Of a DNA stretch of 64,000 bases, positions 1-17,264 are shown piece by piece. Origin of the DNA: the human T2T-CHM13v2.0 reference genome, Homo sapiens; contig CP086569.2 of assembly GCA_009914755.4 (NCBI GenBank), positions 17,664,001 to 17,728,000 on the forward strand, in the 5' to 3' direction. The stretch's first letter is position 1. Every line of letters begins with the position of its first letter. Below the pieces are notes generated by a model that saw only the letters and a list, made by a program, of their open reading frames with translations, was not told where the DNA came from and ran no database searches. The position numbers were made by a program, and so were the translations under genes.

Positions 1-692
1 ATGGGATGGCTGGGTCAAATGGTATTTCTAGTTCCAGATCCTTGAGGAATTGCCACACTGTCTTCCACAACGGTTGTACTAATTTACAGTCCCACCAACA
101 GTGTAAAAGTGTTCCTATCTCTCAACATCCTCTCCAGCACCTGTTGTTTCCTGATTTTTAATGATCGCCATTCTAACTGGTGTGAGATGGTATCTCATTG
201 TGGTTTTGATTTGCATTTCTCTGATGGCCAGTGATGGTGAGCATTTTTTCATGTGTCTGTTGGCCGCATAAATGTCTTCTTTTGAGAAGTGTCTGTTCAT
301 ATCCTTTGCCCACTTTTGGATGGGGTTGTTTGTTTTTTTCCTGTAAGTTTGTTTGAGTTCTTTGTAGTTTCTGGATATTAGCCCTTTGTCAGATAAGTAG
401 ATTGCAAAAATTTTCTCCCATTCTGTAGGTTGCCTGTTCACTCTGATGGTAGTGTGTTTTGCTGTGCAGAAGCTCTTCAGTTTAATTAGTTCCCATTTGT
501 CAATTTTGGCTTTTGTTGCCATTGCTCTTGGTGTTTCAGACATGAAGTCCTGGCCCATGCCTATGTCGTGAATAGTATTTCCTTGGTTTTCTTCTAGAGT
601 TTTTATGGTCTTAGGTCTAACATTTAAGTCTTTAATCCTCTCGAATTAATTTTTGTATAAAGTGTAAGGAAAGGATCCAGTTTCAGCTTTCT
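1..692 (-). mobile_element. L1 (L1PA-like) fragment, antisense, covering ORF2 C-terminal region; 3' end lies beyond window start
   Basis: Minus-strand ORF 115..558 translates to L1 ORF2 C-terminal peptide (…[23 protein letters not shown]…). The nucleotide sequence is the reverse complement of the L1 ORF2 end (…GGATCCAGTTTCAGCTTTCT…). Confidence 0.85.
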
Positions 693-725
693 CTAAAACA
701 TCTTTCTTGTTAGACTCTCTTTCTC

Positions 726-757
<32 letters not shown>

Positions 758-777
758 TTTGTGAATGTGCGTGTGTT
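726..777. repeat. (GT)n microsatellite
   Basis: Uninterrupted gtgtgt… run with minor interruptions, read directly. Confidence 0.9.
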
Positions 778-1494
778 TCTTCATAGCATATTGGAATGCC
801 AATGAAAGTACTAATTATTTTAGGACACTTTCCAAATGTTCACTCCAGCAAACAAAACAGCAGTGTTTTAATTATTTATTCTCAGCTTCCAGGAACAAAA
901 AATGTAAGTTCGAGAAATATGTTGCTATAAAGTAAAATATGTTGAAATGGAAAACAAATGACACCCCTTCTGGATATCTACATATATGATCTGCATGGAA
1001 ATTAGCTAAGGTTTAAAAATGTGCATTCTTCTCTAGTTAAAAATAAATTACAATAAAAGGAGTTGGTCAGATGATTTTCCAAAACACACATCAGCTTTTT
1101 TTGAAACTCATACTCAGTAGAGCTTGCTATTGTCCTTGGGGTCGGTCAAGGAACACATGTTCATTCATTCAATACACAGGCTCAGAGAATAGACATTCTT
1201 TTATGATTTAGATACTTTTATTTTAGAAAGTTATATCTTGTCTGAAAAATGTTTATTTTAAAACTGGTTTCATTTTTTCTTTTTCTAAGAAACTGCAATG
1301 ACAATCAAATTGGTTGTGGATGAATTCATATGGGTATGGAAAGGGAAAATTTGAGGTCCTGTGTCCATATTTCAGAGTCAGTTTAAGGATTCTAAATGTG
1401 ATCGTGTCAACCTTCATGTTACAGGAGTTATAAAAGCAAGCTAACCAATTTTCTTTTTTTTTCCTGAGAACTTCGAATATATTTATTCATTGTC

Positions 1495-1665
1495 TTCATT
1501 TTTGTGGGTATATCTACTTATGGGTTATATGAGGTGTTTTGATATAGATCAGCAGTGCATTGTAATCACATCACAGGTAATGAGGTATCCATCCCCTCAA
1601 GCATTTATCTTTTGTGTTACAATCAATTATCCTCTTTTAATTATTTGTAAAAATATTTAGAAATA
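1495..1665 (+). mobile_element. Old L1 (L1MA/L1PB-type) 3'UTR fragment
   Basis: Contains the L1M 3'-end motif ggtatccatcccctcaagcatttatcttttgtgttacaatcaatt. Confidence 0.5.
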
Positions 1666-2266
1666 AAACAGAAAGCCTATGAATTGCTTCTTCACACTGG
1701 TTCTATTAGCAATACATCTTCTCATTGATTTTTACAAATTTTTCTCTGTTTTACATGTCATTTATGCTTGTCTCCTTACTCAGCCTAAAAATACAAGGTC
1801 CTCCATTAAAATCATTCTTTTGAGCACAGGATTTTCCTCTTTGCCCTTCTCCTCTCCACCTACAGAACTTGCCCAAATAAACCATATATCTTGTTACACC
1901 AGCTATTTGATCAATTTCTGACTGTACTTGAATATTTCAACATTACCAAAATACATACACAAATGTCCAGAACATAAAAAACACACAACCATGAAGATTG
2001 TTCTCACTTTGCAGGCAAGAATAGGCTTATCCAATGGCTTCCCACACTCCATAAGTGCTAATAGTCTTGCTTTAAATTTTTGAATAAATCTAAGTACAAG
2101 AGCAGCTTTGCTACATGGATATATTATGGAATGATACAGTCTGGGCTTTCCATTTAACCATCACTATAATAACGTACATGGTACCTACTAAGCAATTTCT
2201 TACCTCTCTCCCAACTCCAGCCATCCCACCCTTCTGAGCCTCCAATGTCTATTATTCTACTCTATA

Positions 2267-2278
2267 GAGAGAAGAGAG

Positions 2279-2321
<43 letters not shown>

Positions 2322-2498
2322 GAGAAAGAGAGAGAGAGAAAGAAGGAAAGAAAGAAGGAAAGAAAGAGAGAGAAAGAAGGAAAGAAAAGAGAGAGAAAGG
2401 AAGGAAGGAGGGTGAGAGGGAGGGAGAAAGGGAGGAAGAGAAGGAGGGAAGGAAGGAAGGAAGGAAGGGAGGAAACAAAGAAAGAAAAGAAAGAGAGA
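2267..2498. repeat. (GAAA/GGAA)n purine-rich microsatellite
   Basis: Approximately 230 bp that is almost exclusively A/G on the + strand. Confidence 0.9.
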
Positions 2499-2644
2499 CG
2501 ATGTATTATTTGAGTTTCTGTTTCTGCATTGTTTCACTTAAGATAATGACCTCTAGTTCCAATTCTATCCATGTTACTGCAAAATACACAATCTTATTTT
2601 TTTTACAGCTGAATAGTATTTTATTTTGTATCTTTATGACATTT

Positions 2645-2803
2645 TTTCCTTCATCCCTTCCTTCTTCCTTCCTTCTTTCCTTCCTTCCTTCCTTCCTTCC
2701 TTCCTTCCTTCCTTCCTTCCTTCCTTTCTTCCTTCCTTCCTTCCTTCTTTCCTCCCTCCCTTGCTCCCTCTCTCCCTTCCTCCTTCCCTCCCTCCTTTCT
2801 TTT

Positions 2804-2842
<39 letters not shown>

Positions 2843-2893
2843 ATCTTTCTTTCTTTCTTTCTTTCCTTATTTCTTCCTTCCTTCCTTCCTTTC

Positions 2894-2929
<36 letters not shown>

Positions 2930-2970
2930 TTCTTTCTCTCTTTTCTTTCTTTCTTTTCTTTCTTTTTTTT
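2645..2970. repeat. (TTCC/TTTC)n pyrimidine-rich microsatellite, the inverted complement type of the 2267-2498 array
   Basis: Approximately 325 bp that is almost exclusively C/T on the + strand. Confidence 0.9.
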
Positions 2971-3105
2971 TGAGACACGTTTATGCTCTGTCACTCAGGC
3001 TGGAGTGTAATGGCACAATTGTGAACCACTATAGCCTACACCTCCTGGCCTCTATCAATATCACTGCTTCACCCTCCCAAAGCACTAGGATTCCTGGCAT
3101 GTAAC
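2962..3105 (-). mobile_element. Alu fragment (old, diverged)
   Basis: tttttttgagacacg…ctcaggctggagtgtaatggcacaat… is the reverse complement of an Alu right arm. Confidence 0.6.
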
Positions 3106-3114
3106 CTATACCAC

Positions 3115-4569
3115 ATTTTTTCTTTTGTTTCTCTTTGTATCAAACTCTTATTTTAGGTTGAAGGGTTATATGTGTCAGTTTGTTACATGGGTAAATTGCC
3201 CAGTGTGGGGGTTTTGTGTATAGATAATTTTGTCACCTAGATTAGCAGCATAAGACACTACGGGAAATTCTTGAATCCTCACTGTCTTCCCACTCTACAC
3301 CCTCAAGTGGTCTATTTTCCCTGTCTTTGTGTCCATGTGTACTCCATGTTCAGCTCCTACTTATAAGTGAGAACATGCAGTATTCGGTTTTCTGTTCCAG
3401 CATTAATTGACTTAAGAAAATAGCTTCCAGCTCCATTCATATTGCTGCAAAGGACATGGTCTCATTCTCATTTATGACTGCACACTATTTCATGGGTATA
3501 TATATCACATTTTCCTTATCCAGTCCACTGTTCATTGGCATCGAGGCTAATTCCATATCTTTGCTATTGTAAATAATGCTGCAAGGAAAATGTCCATGCA
3601 TGTGTCTTTATCGTAGAATAATGTATTCTCCTTTGGTTACATATGGAGTAATGGTATTCCTGGGTCAAAGGGTAGTTCTATTTGGTTCTTTGAGGAATCT
3701 TCTGACTTCCTTCTTTAGTGGGTGAATTAAGGAAATAATGAGAAGAATTTACCTTCCCATTAGTGGTGCATGAGAATTCCCTTTCCTCTATAATATCAAC
3801 AGCATCTGTTATTTTTTTATTTTGTAACAATAGCCATCCTAACTGGTGTGAGATGATATCTCTCATTGTGGTTTTGATTTGCATTTTCCTAATGATTAGT
3901 CCTGTTGAGCATTTTTTAATAAGCTTGTTGGCTGTATGTATTTCTTCTTTTAAGAAGAGTCCACTCTTGTCCTCTGTATATATTTAATGGAGTTGTTTGC
4001 TTTTTGCTTGTTGATTTGCTTGTTTCTTTTTTTAAAGGCTAGTCAAATAGATTTTGAATATTAGACCTTTGTTGGATGCCTAGTCTGAAAATATTTCATC
4101 TCATTCTGTAGGTTAACTGCTTATTCTTTTGCTGTGGAGAAACTATTTAGTTTAATTAGGTCCAACTTGTCAACTTTTGTTTTGTTTCCATTGCCTTTAA
4201 GGTCTTCATCACTAATTCTTTGACAGGACTGAAATCTAGAATGGTATTTTCTATTTTCTTCTAGCATACTTATAGTTTTCAGTTTTAAAATTAAGTCATT
4301 AATCCATATTGAGTTGATTTTTTATATATGGTGAAAGGTAGGTTTCCAATTTCATTCTTCTACATATGGCTAGCCAGATTTCCCAGCTAGGGATTTCTTT
4401 CCCCATTGCTTCTTATTGTCAGCTTAGTTGAATATCACTTGGTTGTAGGTGTGTAGCTTTTTTTCTGGGTTCTCTATCCTGCTCCATTGGTTATATGTCC
4501 TCTTTGTTCCAGTAGCATTGTCATTGACAGTTTGATAGAAATAGCATCAAATCTGTAAATTGCTTTTGG
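3115..4569 (-). mobile_element. Old L1 (L1PB/L1MA-like) 3' portion, antisense; left half of an element split by the full-length L1 insertion
   Basis: Reverse complement of the L1 3'UTR and ORF2 end (…gttcagctcctacttataagtgagaacatgcag…, …tttgatttgcattttcctaatgattagt…). It is colinear with 10747.. after removing the insert. Confidence 0.8.
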
Positions 4570-5593
4570 CATGATGGCTGAATGGGAACAGCTCCAGTCT
4601 ACAGCTCCCAGTGTGAGTGACACAGAAGACGGGTGATTTCTGCATTTCCAACTGAGGTACCATGTTCATCTCACTGGGGCTTGTCAGACAGTGGGTGCAG
4701 GACAGTGGGGACAGTGGGTGCAGCCCACTGAGTGTGAGTTGAAGCAGGGCCAGGCATTGCCTCACCCAGGAAGTGCAAGGGATCAGGGAATTCACTTTCC
4801 TAGCCAAGGGAACCTGTGACAGAGGGCACATGGAAAATTGGGTCACTCCCATGCTAATGCTGCACTTTTCCAGTTGTCTTAGCAAATGGCACACCAGGAG
4901 ATTATATCCTGCACCTGGCTCAGAGGGTGCCACACCCACGGAGCCTCACTCATTGCTAGCAGAGCTTTCTGAGATCAAACTGCAAGGCAGCAGTGAGGCT
5001 GAGGGAGGGGTGCCTGCTGTTGCTGTGGCTTCAGTAGGCAAACTAAGCGGCCAGGAAGCTCCAACTGGGTGGAGCCCACCACAGCTCAAGGAGGCCAGAC
5101 TGCCTCTGTAGACTCCAGCTCTGGGGGCATGGCATAGCTGAACAAAAGGCAGCAGAAACCTCTGCAGACTTAAATGTCCCTGTCTGAAAGCTTTGAAGAG
5201 AATAGTGGTTCTCCCAGTATGGAGTTCAAGATCTGAGAATGGACAGACTGCCTCCTCAAGTGGGTCCCTGAACCCCAAGTAGCCTAACTGGGAGGCACCC
5301 CCCAGTAGGGGCAGACTGACACCCCACATGGCCAGGTACCCCTCTGAGATGAAGCTTCCAGAGGAATCATCAGGCAGCAACATTTGCTGTTCAGCAATAT
5401 TCGCTGTTCTGCAGCCTCCACTGCTGATACCCAGGAAAACAGGGTCTGGAGTGGACCTCCAGCAAATTCCAACAGACCTGCAGCTGAGGGTCCTGACTGT
5501 TAGAAGGAAAACTAACAAACAGAAAGGACATCCACACCAAAATCCCATCTATACATCATCATCACAAAGACAAAAGGTTGATAAAACTACAAC

Positions 5594-6613
5594 GATGGGG
5601 AAAACACAGAGCAGAAAAGTTGAAAATTCTAAAAATCAGAGTGCCTCTTCTCCCCCAAAGGAGAACAGCACCTCACCAGCAATGGAACAAAGCTGGATGG
5701 AGAATGACCTTGATGAGTTGAAAGAAGAAGGATTAAGACCATCAAACTTCTCTGAGCTAAAGGAGGAAGTTTGAACCCATCACAAAGAAGCTAAAAACCT
5801 TGAAAAAAGATTAGACAGATGGCTAACTAGAATAACCAGTGTAGAGAAGTCCTTAAATGACCTGATGGAGCTGAAAACCATGGCACAAGAACTATGTGAT
5901 GAACGCACAAGCTTCAGTAGCCAATTTGGTCAACTGGAAGAAAGGCAATCAGTGATTGAAGATCAAATGAATGAAATGAACCAAGAAGAGAAGTTTAGAG
6001 AAAAAAGAGTAAAAAGAAATGAACAAAACCTCCAAGAAATAGGGGACTATGTGAAAAGACCAAATCTACATCTGATTGGTGTACCTGAAAATGATGGGGA
6101 GAATGAAACCAAGTTGGAAAACACTCTGCAGGACATTACACAGGAGAACTCCCCCAACCTAGCAAGGCAGGTCAACATTCAAATTCAGGAAATACAGAGA
6201 ACACCACAAAGATACTCCTCGAGAAGAGCAACTCCAAAACACATATAATCATCAGATTCACCAAAGTTGAAATGAAGGAAAAAATGCTAAGGGCAGCCAG
6301 AGAGAAAGCTCGGATTACCCACAAAGGGAAGGCCATCAGACTAACAACTGATCTCTCAGCAGAAACTCTACTAGCCAGAAGAGAGTGGGGGCAAATGTTC
6401 AACATTCTTAAAGAAAAGAATTTTCAACCCAGAATTTCTTATCCAGCCAAACTAAGCTTCATAAGTGAAGGAGAAATAAAATACTTTACAGAGAAGCAAA
6501 TGCTGAGAGATTTTGTCACCACCAGGCCTGCCCTAAAAGAGCTCCTGAAGGAAGCAATGAACATGGAAAGGAAAAACCGGTACCAGACACTGAAAACACA
6601 TGCCAAATTATAA
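5594..6613 (+). pseudogene. L1 ORF1 remnant, broken by in-frame stops/frameshifts (track pieces 5328..5774, 5865..6248, 6272..6613)
   Basis: Translations match L1 ORF1p (…MELKTMAQELCDE…, …LENTLQDITQENSPNLARQVNIQIQEIQRTPQRYSSRRATPKHI…), but the reading frame is interrupted, for example by a TGA at ~5772. Confidence 0.85.
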
Positions 6614-6673
6614 AGACCATTGATGCTAGGAAGAAACAGCATCAACTAATGGGCAAAATAACCAGCTAACATC

Positions 6674-10525
<3,852 letters not shown>

Positions 10526-10746
10526 ACAATGAGAATGCTTGGACACAAGAAGGGGAACTTCACTCACTTGGGCCTGTTGTGGGGTTGGGGGAGTGGGGAA
10601 GGATAGCATTAGGAGATATACCTTATGTAAATGATGAGTTAATGGGTGCAGCACACCAACGTGGCACATGTATACATATGTAACAAGCCTGAATGTTGTG
10701 CACATGTACCCTAGAACTTAAAGTATAATTTAAAAAATTGCTTTGG

Positions 10747-12300
10747 GCAATATGGCCATTTTAGCAATATCGATTTTTCCAATCCATGAGCATGGAATGA
10801 GTAGAACATTTGTGTCATCTCTGACATCTTTGAGTCGTGATTTGTTATTCTCTTTGTAGAGAGCTTTCACCTGCCTGGTTAGATGTATTCCTAACTATTT
10901 TATTCTTTCTTTGGCTGTTGTGAATGGCATTCTATTCTTGATTTGGCTCTCAGCTTGGATGTTGCTCAGGTACAGGGATGCCATTTATGTTTGAACACTG
11001 ACTTTGTATCCTGAAACTTTGATGAAGTTGTTTCTCAGGCCTAAGAGACTTTGGGCAGAGTCTGTGATGGTTCCTACGTATAGAATCATATCAATTGCAA
11101 ACAAATTTTTTGCCATCATCTCTTCCTATTTGGATGCCTTTTATTTCATTCTCTTGCCTAATTGCTCTGGTAGGAATTCTAATAATATGTTGAATAGGAA
11201 CAGTGAAAGAATCCTTGCCATTTCCGTTTTCAAGCATAATGCTTCCAGGTTTTGCCCATTTAGTATGATGTTGGCTATGCATTTGCCATAGGTAGATCTT
11301 ATTATTTTGAGGTACGTACCTTCAATGCCTAGTTTGTTGAGTTGAGGGTTTTAAATCTGAAGGGATGTTGGGTTTCATCAAAAACCTTTTCTGAGATTTT
11401 TGAGATGATCATGTGGTTTCTGGTTTTAGTTCTGTATATGTGTACCACATTTTCTTTACCCATCAATCTTCTTAGGGTAACACTGTTCTTTGAAGACATC
11501 TTTCTCTCCACTTTAAATATTTTTGCTAGAGGATCTTCAAGCCCTCTCCCTGAAGACATTGACTTACACTTCACTGAGAACATGAAAGCCATCAGAAGAG
11601 GGGTTGATCTCTAATTTATTAACCTGAAAGAATTATCTGTATTTGGACTTTGCCTGCTTCATATTTTAATAGATCAAATGTGACCACTTTTACCAAAGAA
11701 TTGCATCTCTATCTGGTTACAGATTTCTTTCTTGGTAGACTTCTTCATTCTTCACCATAGAAATGATATCATGTTCCTATTAACGATGAGTCTTTCTCTC
11801 TGTATTTTCCTCATGAGAAAACAAGCACACTCTCTTGAATCCAACATTAGAACATAGAAACTTCTGCAGTTTCATTTGTCATGTTCAGTACTGTCCTGTG
11901 TTTCTTTGCCTTCGCAAAGGAAATAATGTATCAAGAGAATTGTGTACTAACTCAGTGTTTCTACTCTCATTGTTTCCTTAAAAATGTTGAGTCATTCTAT
12001 GTCCTTTTTCAGCTTATATTGTCTCATTGCACTAATTGAAATATTGCACATATGTCTGTCTGTTCTGGTACATTTATTTTATATAACATGACAATAATCC
12101 ATCTGTTTCTGGATGGGTTTGTAGAATTTTCCATTAAATCCAACTCTTCCCGCTGTGATTTCTAAGGTTACATTAATCACATCTTTCTGTAATTAATTTT
12201 TGTATTCTGCCCATGTCTGTTATTATATTAGCTATTCCAATTCTTCTCAAATCAGACTTGATATTTGCTATTACTCTACATAACAATTCACAAGGGAAAC
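10747..12300 (-). mobile_element. Old L1 (L1PB/L1MA-like) continuation, antisense ORF2 region; right half of the split element
   Basis: …gggcaatatggccattttagcaatatcgatttttccaatccatgagcatggaatg… is the reverse complement of L1. Minus ORF 11329..11592 matches the RT motif (…HMIISKISEKVFDETQHPF…). The right boundary is uncertain. Confidence 0.7.
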
Positions 12301-12589
12301 AGCATGGTTATTTATTCAGAACTATACTTTGAATAAGGGCCCTGGTCAGTATTCGAAAACCAACTCTCTTAGAAGAGACTCACTTAACAAGGAGCTATCA
12401 ATAGCTCCACTTTACATAAAAAATAAAGTCCAGGCAGCTTGGAAGGACTTGGAAAAATCAATGGTAGTTAATCCATGCAGGCAGTAAATCCAGGCACCTC
12501 TGTGATTTGTCCCAAATCCACCTTGCTGCACAGTCTCCACACCCTAGTCTCCATCTTTTAGGGCTATGTTCAGATGGACACCATTGGAG

Positions 12590-12810
12590 CAGAGAATTAT
12601 GGTAACATACAAAGAGAGCAACCATAAATATTTACTGAATGAATGGATAGGAGCTTGGGAAATGAATCATGTCAATCACATGACCTCCAGCGGTGACACC
12701 TTTATGATATCACCTGCAAATAGAGAATCCTGAAGTATTTATTGTGTAGGTAAACTATGTATTAAAAATCATATGATAGTGCCTGGCATTTATTGATCAA
12801 ATGATAATAA
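12590..12810. mobile_element. Possible MIR-like SINE fragment
   Basis: Weak match to the MIR core (agtgcctggcatttattgatcaaatgataataa; aatatttactgaatgaatgg). Confidence 0.25.
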
Positions 12811-13369
12811 AGAGTATTACCTTTGAATACCTTTATGCCTTCTCTCCCTAAATATTTCTATTTTGATTGTCCAGTAAAAGACTCAGGTTATTCAATAATC
12901 TCAGTTGAAACCAATTTATCTAACCATTAGGCTTCCTTAAACATGCCTTTCCAAAGTTCTTAGAGCTAATTTTTTTAATTGTCTGGTTATGACCCTCTTC
13001 ATGAATAAATATGATTTTGGAGGGCATTGGTCAAGTTTTCTTCATTATAGTTATAATTATATCACTGATGGTGTTGTTATATTAGGCATGAATTTGCTTT
13101 TAATGATAGAGTGTTTGGATAAATAAATGAGGACCATTTGAGGTAATAAAATATGAGATTTATAGACTACAAAAAGCTTGTTTACAGAATGGGTACATTT
13201 GATTGTTAAGCTGATTCCATTATTGCATGTAATTGGTTACTATATATATTTATCTATACTGATTTGATCAATATAACTACAAATATATACATTCTATATA
13301 TAACTAGAGATAATAAATATAGATGAATATTATTATATGAAGCAGTGGGGTTTAATCAGATGACTAGAA

Positions 13370-13525
13370 CCAGTATAAGACATAGACAGATACATAGTTA
13401 GACAGATAGATATGTGTTCATTCCTCTCTATAAATAGAGGAAGATAGATATAGATGCGGATATGTATCTGATAAATTCATAATAAATACAGATACATTGC
13501 AGACAGATCATCTATCTGATCATCT
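13370..13525. repeat. Degenerate (GATA)n/(TA)n array on the + strand
   Basis: agacagatagatatg…gaagatagatatagatg… read directly. Confidence 0.7.
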
Positions 13526-13659
13526 ATTAATCAAAGACAACTTTGAAGAATAAAGACATAAATAGGAGTAAGGTGAAAAGAACAAAACATTTGATATTTA
13601 CTCTTTTAGATAGCATTTTAGTGTGTGGTTTTAAAAGTTACATTCTCTGTAAGAAATTG

Positions 13660-13866
13660 ATAGATAGATGATACAAATTTATATCATATAGAGAGATATA
13701 GGTATATTCATCTATATCTATATTTGTACTTATCTGTATCTTTACATATGTATTTATATTTATCTATCTGTATTTATCAATCTCATCCCTATATCTGTTT
13801 ATCATCTATTTATCTATTAATCTGTCTTCTACCTATCCATCTATTATCTGTCATCCATCACCTATC
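13660..13866. repeat. Degenerate (TATC)n array, left part, interrupted by an Alu
   Basis: tctatatctatattt…tatctatctgtatttatc…ctatccatctattatctgtcatcc. Confidence 0.8.
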
Positions 13867-14170
<304 letters not shown>

Positions 14171-14660
14171 ATCCATTATCTATCACTTATCTAGCTATTC
14201 ATTTATCTATGACCTATCTGTCATCTATTCATCCATTCATCTATTATCTATCTATAATCTATCCATTTATGTATAATCTATCTATCCTACATCTATCCAT
14301 CATCTATCAATCACCTGTCTATTATTTATTTATCTACATCATCTCTCTGTCATCTCTATCCACCTATCATCTATCTACTCATCTATCTATATAATCTATC
14401 AACTATATACCATCTATGTATCCATCTGCCATTAGTCTATATAGCTTTCCTCTCTCTCTCTATCATCTCTCTATATCAATTATCTATCCATCAACTATCT
14501 ATTCATCTATCACCCCTATATTGTCCATTTATGTAGTTGTCATCTATCAATTATTATCTACCTATTACCTATTTATCATCTATCTATCATCTATCTATCT
14601 ATCTATCTATCTATATACTTATCTATCTATATCTTATCACATCATAGGCAAGATAGAACT
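14171..14660. repeat. Degenerate (TATC)n array, right part
   Basis: atccattatctatcacttatctagctattc…tatctatctatctatctatctatctata…. Confidence 0.85.
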
Positions 14661-17264
14661 CATAGGCACTGGCCAAGCTACAATCCACAGATGACCTCTC
14701 TCTCTCTCTCTTTCTTTCTCTTCTTTGTTTATTCTGTATGCAAAAAGTAGAAATAATAGTTGTCCAGAAACATAAACTTGAGCAATGATCTACCCAGATC
14801 TCTTGTTTCCTGAATTTCTTTTCTACTTTTATGAAATATGTTATCATCTATACCAGAGCCTCCAAGTTCTCAAGCCAAATAAGGACTGGTGTCTCGGGCA
14901 TCTTAGACATCCTTGTGTCCAACTTAGATGAAGGAGATTTCTACTGACCTTAAAATCGCCCCACCTGTGTGGAAAGATCTAGACTATGGTGAGAGACAGC
15001 TTTGAAAAATAAAGACACAAATAGCAGTGAGCTGAAAAGAACAAAACATTTGATATTTACTATTTGAGATAGAATTTTAGTATGTGGTTTTAAAATTTAC
15101 ATTCTCTGTAAAACTCATAGAAAAGAGTGAACACTGTTTGTTTATTCCGCTTTTCCATTTCATTCTTTCCTATTTCATTCTGTTTATTCAAATTCATTCT
15201 TGATTTCATTCTTTTTTTCCTTCCTTTTATTCTACCTCAATTTATTTGTTTTTTTGAGTTAGAATGAAACTAAGTATTGAGAGAACAGAAAGAACTGAAG
15301 AAACTGCTAATCAAATGATAATTTCTCTTTACATTTGCTTAACAGAAATGTCTAATAGATACACAACAGTGAACAAGGGCCATTGATGTTGTAATTCACT
15401 AAATGCAGAGCTTGAAGTTTGGGAGTAGAAGTTTCTATATTAAAATGGGAAAGACTCCTTCTTTCTGGTATTTCTGGGTCCTAAATCCAGATGATTATAG
15501 CTTGCTCATTTTTACTTAATGCTCAGCATAATCAATAAAATTATAGCCAGTTTTCTATAACTGACTAAATAAATACATTTTGATGAATCATTAGAACTGT
15601 TATATAAAAAATAGTAAACAGGCCAATTATTTTTACTAACACAGAGTTTGATCTTGGGATAATATGCAAACGCTATCTTTACAAGTATAGAAGATCCAGA
15701 TAAACATGAAGAGCTGAAAGAACTCATAAAACTGTCCCATATTAAATATTACAACTATCTCTGGTTTAAGTTCATTCTATGTGCTAAAAATGTAATATTT
15801 GGAAATAATTGCCTGTCAATGGTTACAGTAGTCAAATTACCTTTCTTAATAATCAACTAAAAACTGTTGATCTTAACAAAGGGTAATTAATATTGGTTCT
15901 CTCTTGTGCTAACATAAATTTATGGGAGTGGCCATTTCTTGCCAGTATAAATGACTCAAAAATGAACCAGTAAGCCACATGAATCTAACATGGAGAAGCA
16001 CTAAGCCATCTCTGAGAAATTATTTTGGACACTATTTAAATACTGACAGGCAGATGCTGAAATGCAAAATGAGTGGTTAGCTTGTTCGGTGCAATTCGTA
16101 ATCATTTTGAAATGCCATGTAGCCCTTGTAAAAATAAGCATTTTCCTGTAACAATCTTAAGGTGCAGTCAGAGCTTGAGGGTTTTTTCCTTGTTGTTTTG
16201 TTTGTTTTGGATTACTGTGTTAAGAAAACCATTTCACTTGGATGCATTAAAACATTTGTATACTTTACTGCTCAATGCTTAAAAGTATGAGTAGCTAGTG
16301 TTATGTCAACATTGAATAAAAGTCATTTAAGGCTTCTATCTTCAATAGCAAATAGCAGCTTACTTTCTTAGGTATATGAATATCACATTTTATTAATATA
16401 TCTTTTAAAGAACACAGTAACACAATTCAATTTTCACTCCCTCCTTCCATTCTTCAAAGATTTTATTTTGATTATAAAGTGCATACATCTTTTAAGTGGT
16501 CCAATGATAACACAATACTTACCCCAGATCTTCTATGATGATATTCCTATCTTCCACTTATAGCCCCATATTAGAAACTGCCTGATAAAATATCAATGGG
16601 CATTCTCGTATCTCAAACACATAAACTCTGTCAGCCATTATTGATACAGTATTTCTCTTTCAGAGGAATTATTATTATTATTTTAAATATTAAGTATTGA
16701 TAATTACATGTATGTATATTTTATATACTTTTATATACAATATTGCATACATACTTTATCAAGTTTTTTTAATATCAGTCTTTTCAACTGTCATGAGTTT
16801 TCTTTAACTATCTGTGGTTAATACAAGATAAAAATATACAATCATCTCAATAATAATTTACAAAATGCATAAGACAGTTTCTGAACATAGAAAGCACCAT
16901 ATATTTCTTTACAGGAGCTCTATGTTCACAGTGGTTTTGTAACACTTTGAAGGTCACACATTGTAGTAAAGCTCTGAGATGTCGCTTTCCATTAAACCAA
17001 ATGACCAAGCTTTGTGGCATAGGATAAATGTGAGATGCATGATGATAGCAAATACTTAGCAAGGAGAGATGGGTCATGTTTGGAGAAGAAAACCAGGGAC
17101 ATTTCCTCACACTGGTGTGAAAGAAATCTGATGGACAGAAGATAGAGACAGAGAGAGAAGTGAGAGAGGGCAGTGGAGCTGGGTGGCCACCATGCTGATG
17201 GGGAATACTCTTTGTTGGAAATTTTATAAAGGACTTGTAAGAGCTGAGCATTCACTCTCCACAT

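Noticed and set aside
2257-3010. Several overlapping ORFs of 73-169 aa on both strands (2257..2478, 2262..2537, 2501..3010, 2506..2994, 2626..2973) with highly repetitive SFLP/KERK-type translations
   Set aside because: They are stop-free readings of the GAAA/GGAA and TTCC/TTTC microsatellites. They show extreme low complexity, and the same artifact appears on both strands. They are not coding.
12300-13230. Apparently unique AT-rich segment examined for exons or conserved elements
   Set aside because: No ORF, splice-site pair or recognisable RNA structure is visible by eye. There is only a weak MIR-like stretch. Conservation cannot be judged without a multi-species alignment.
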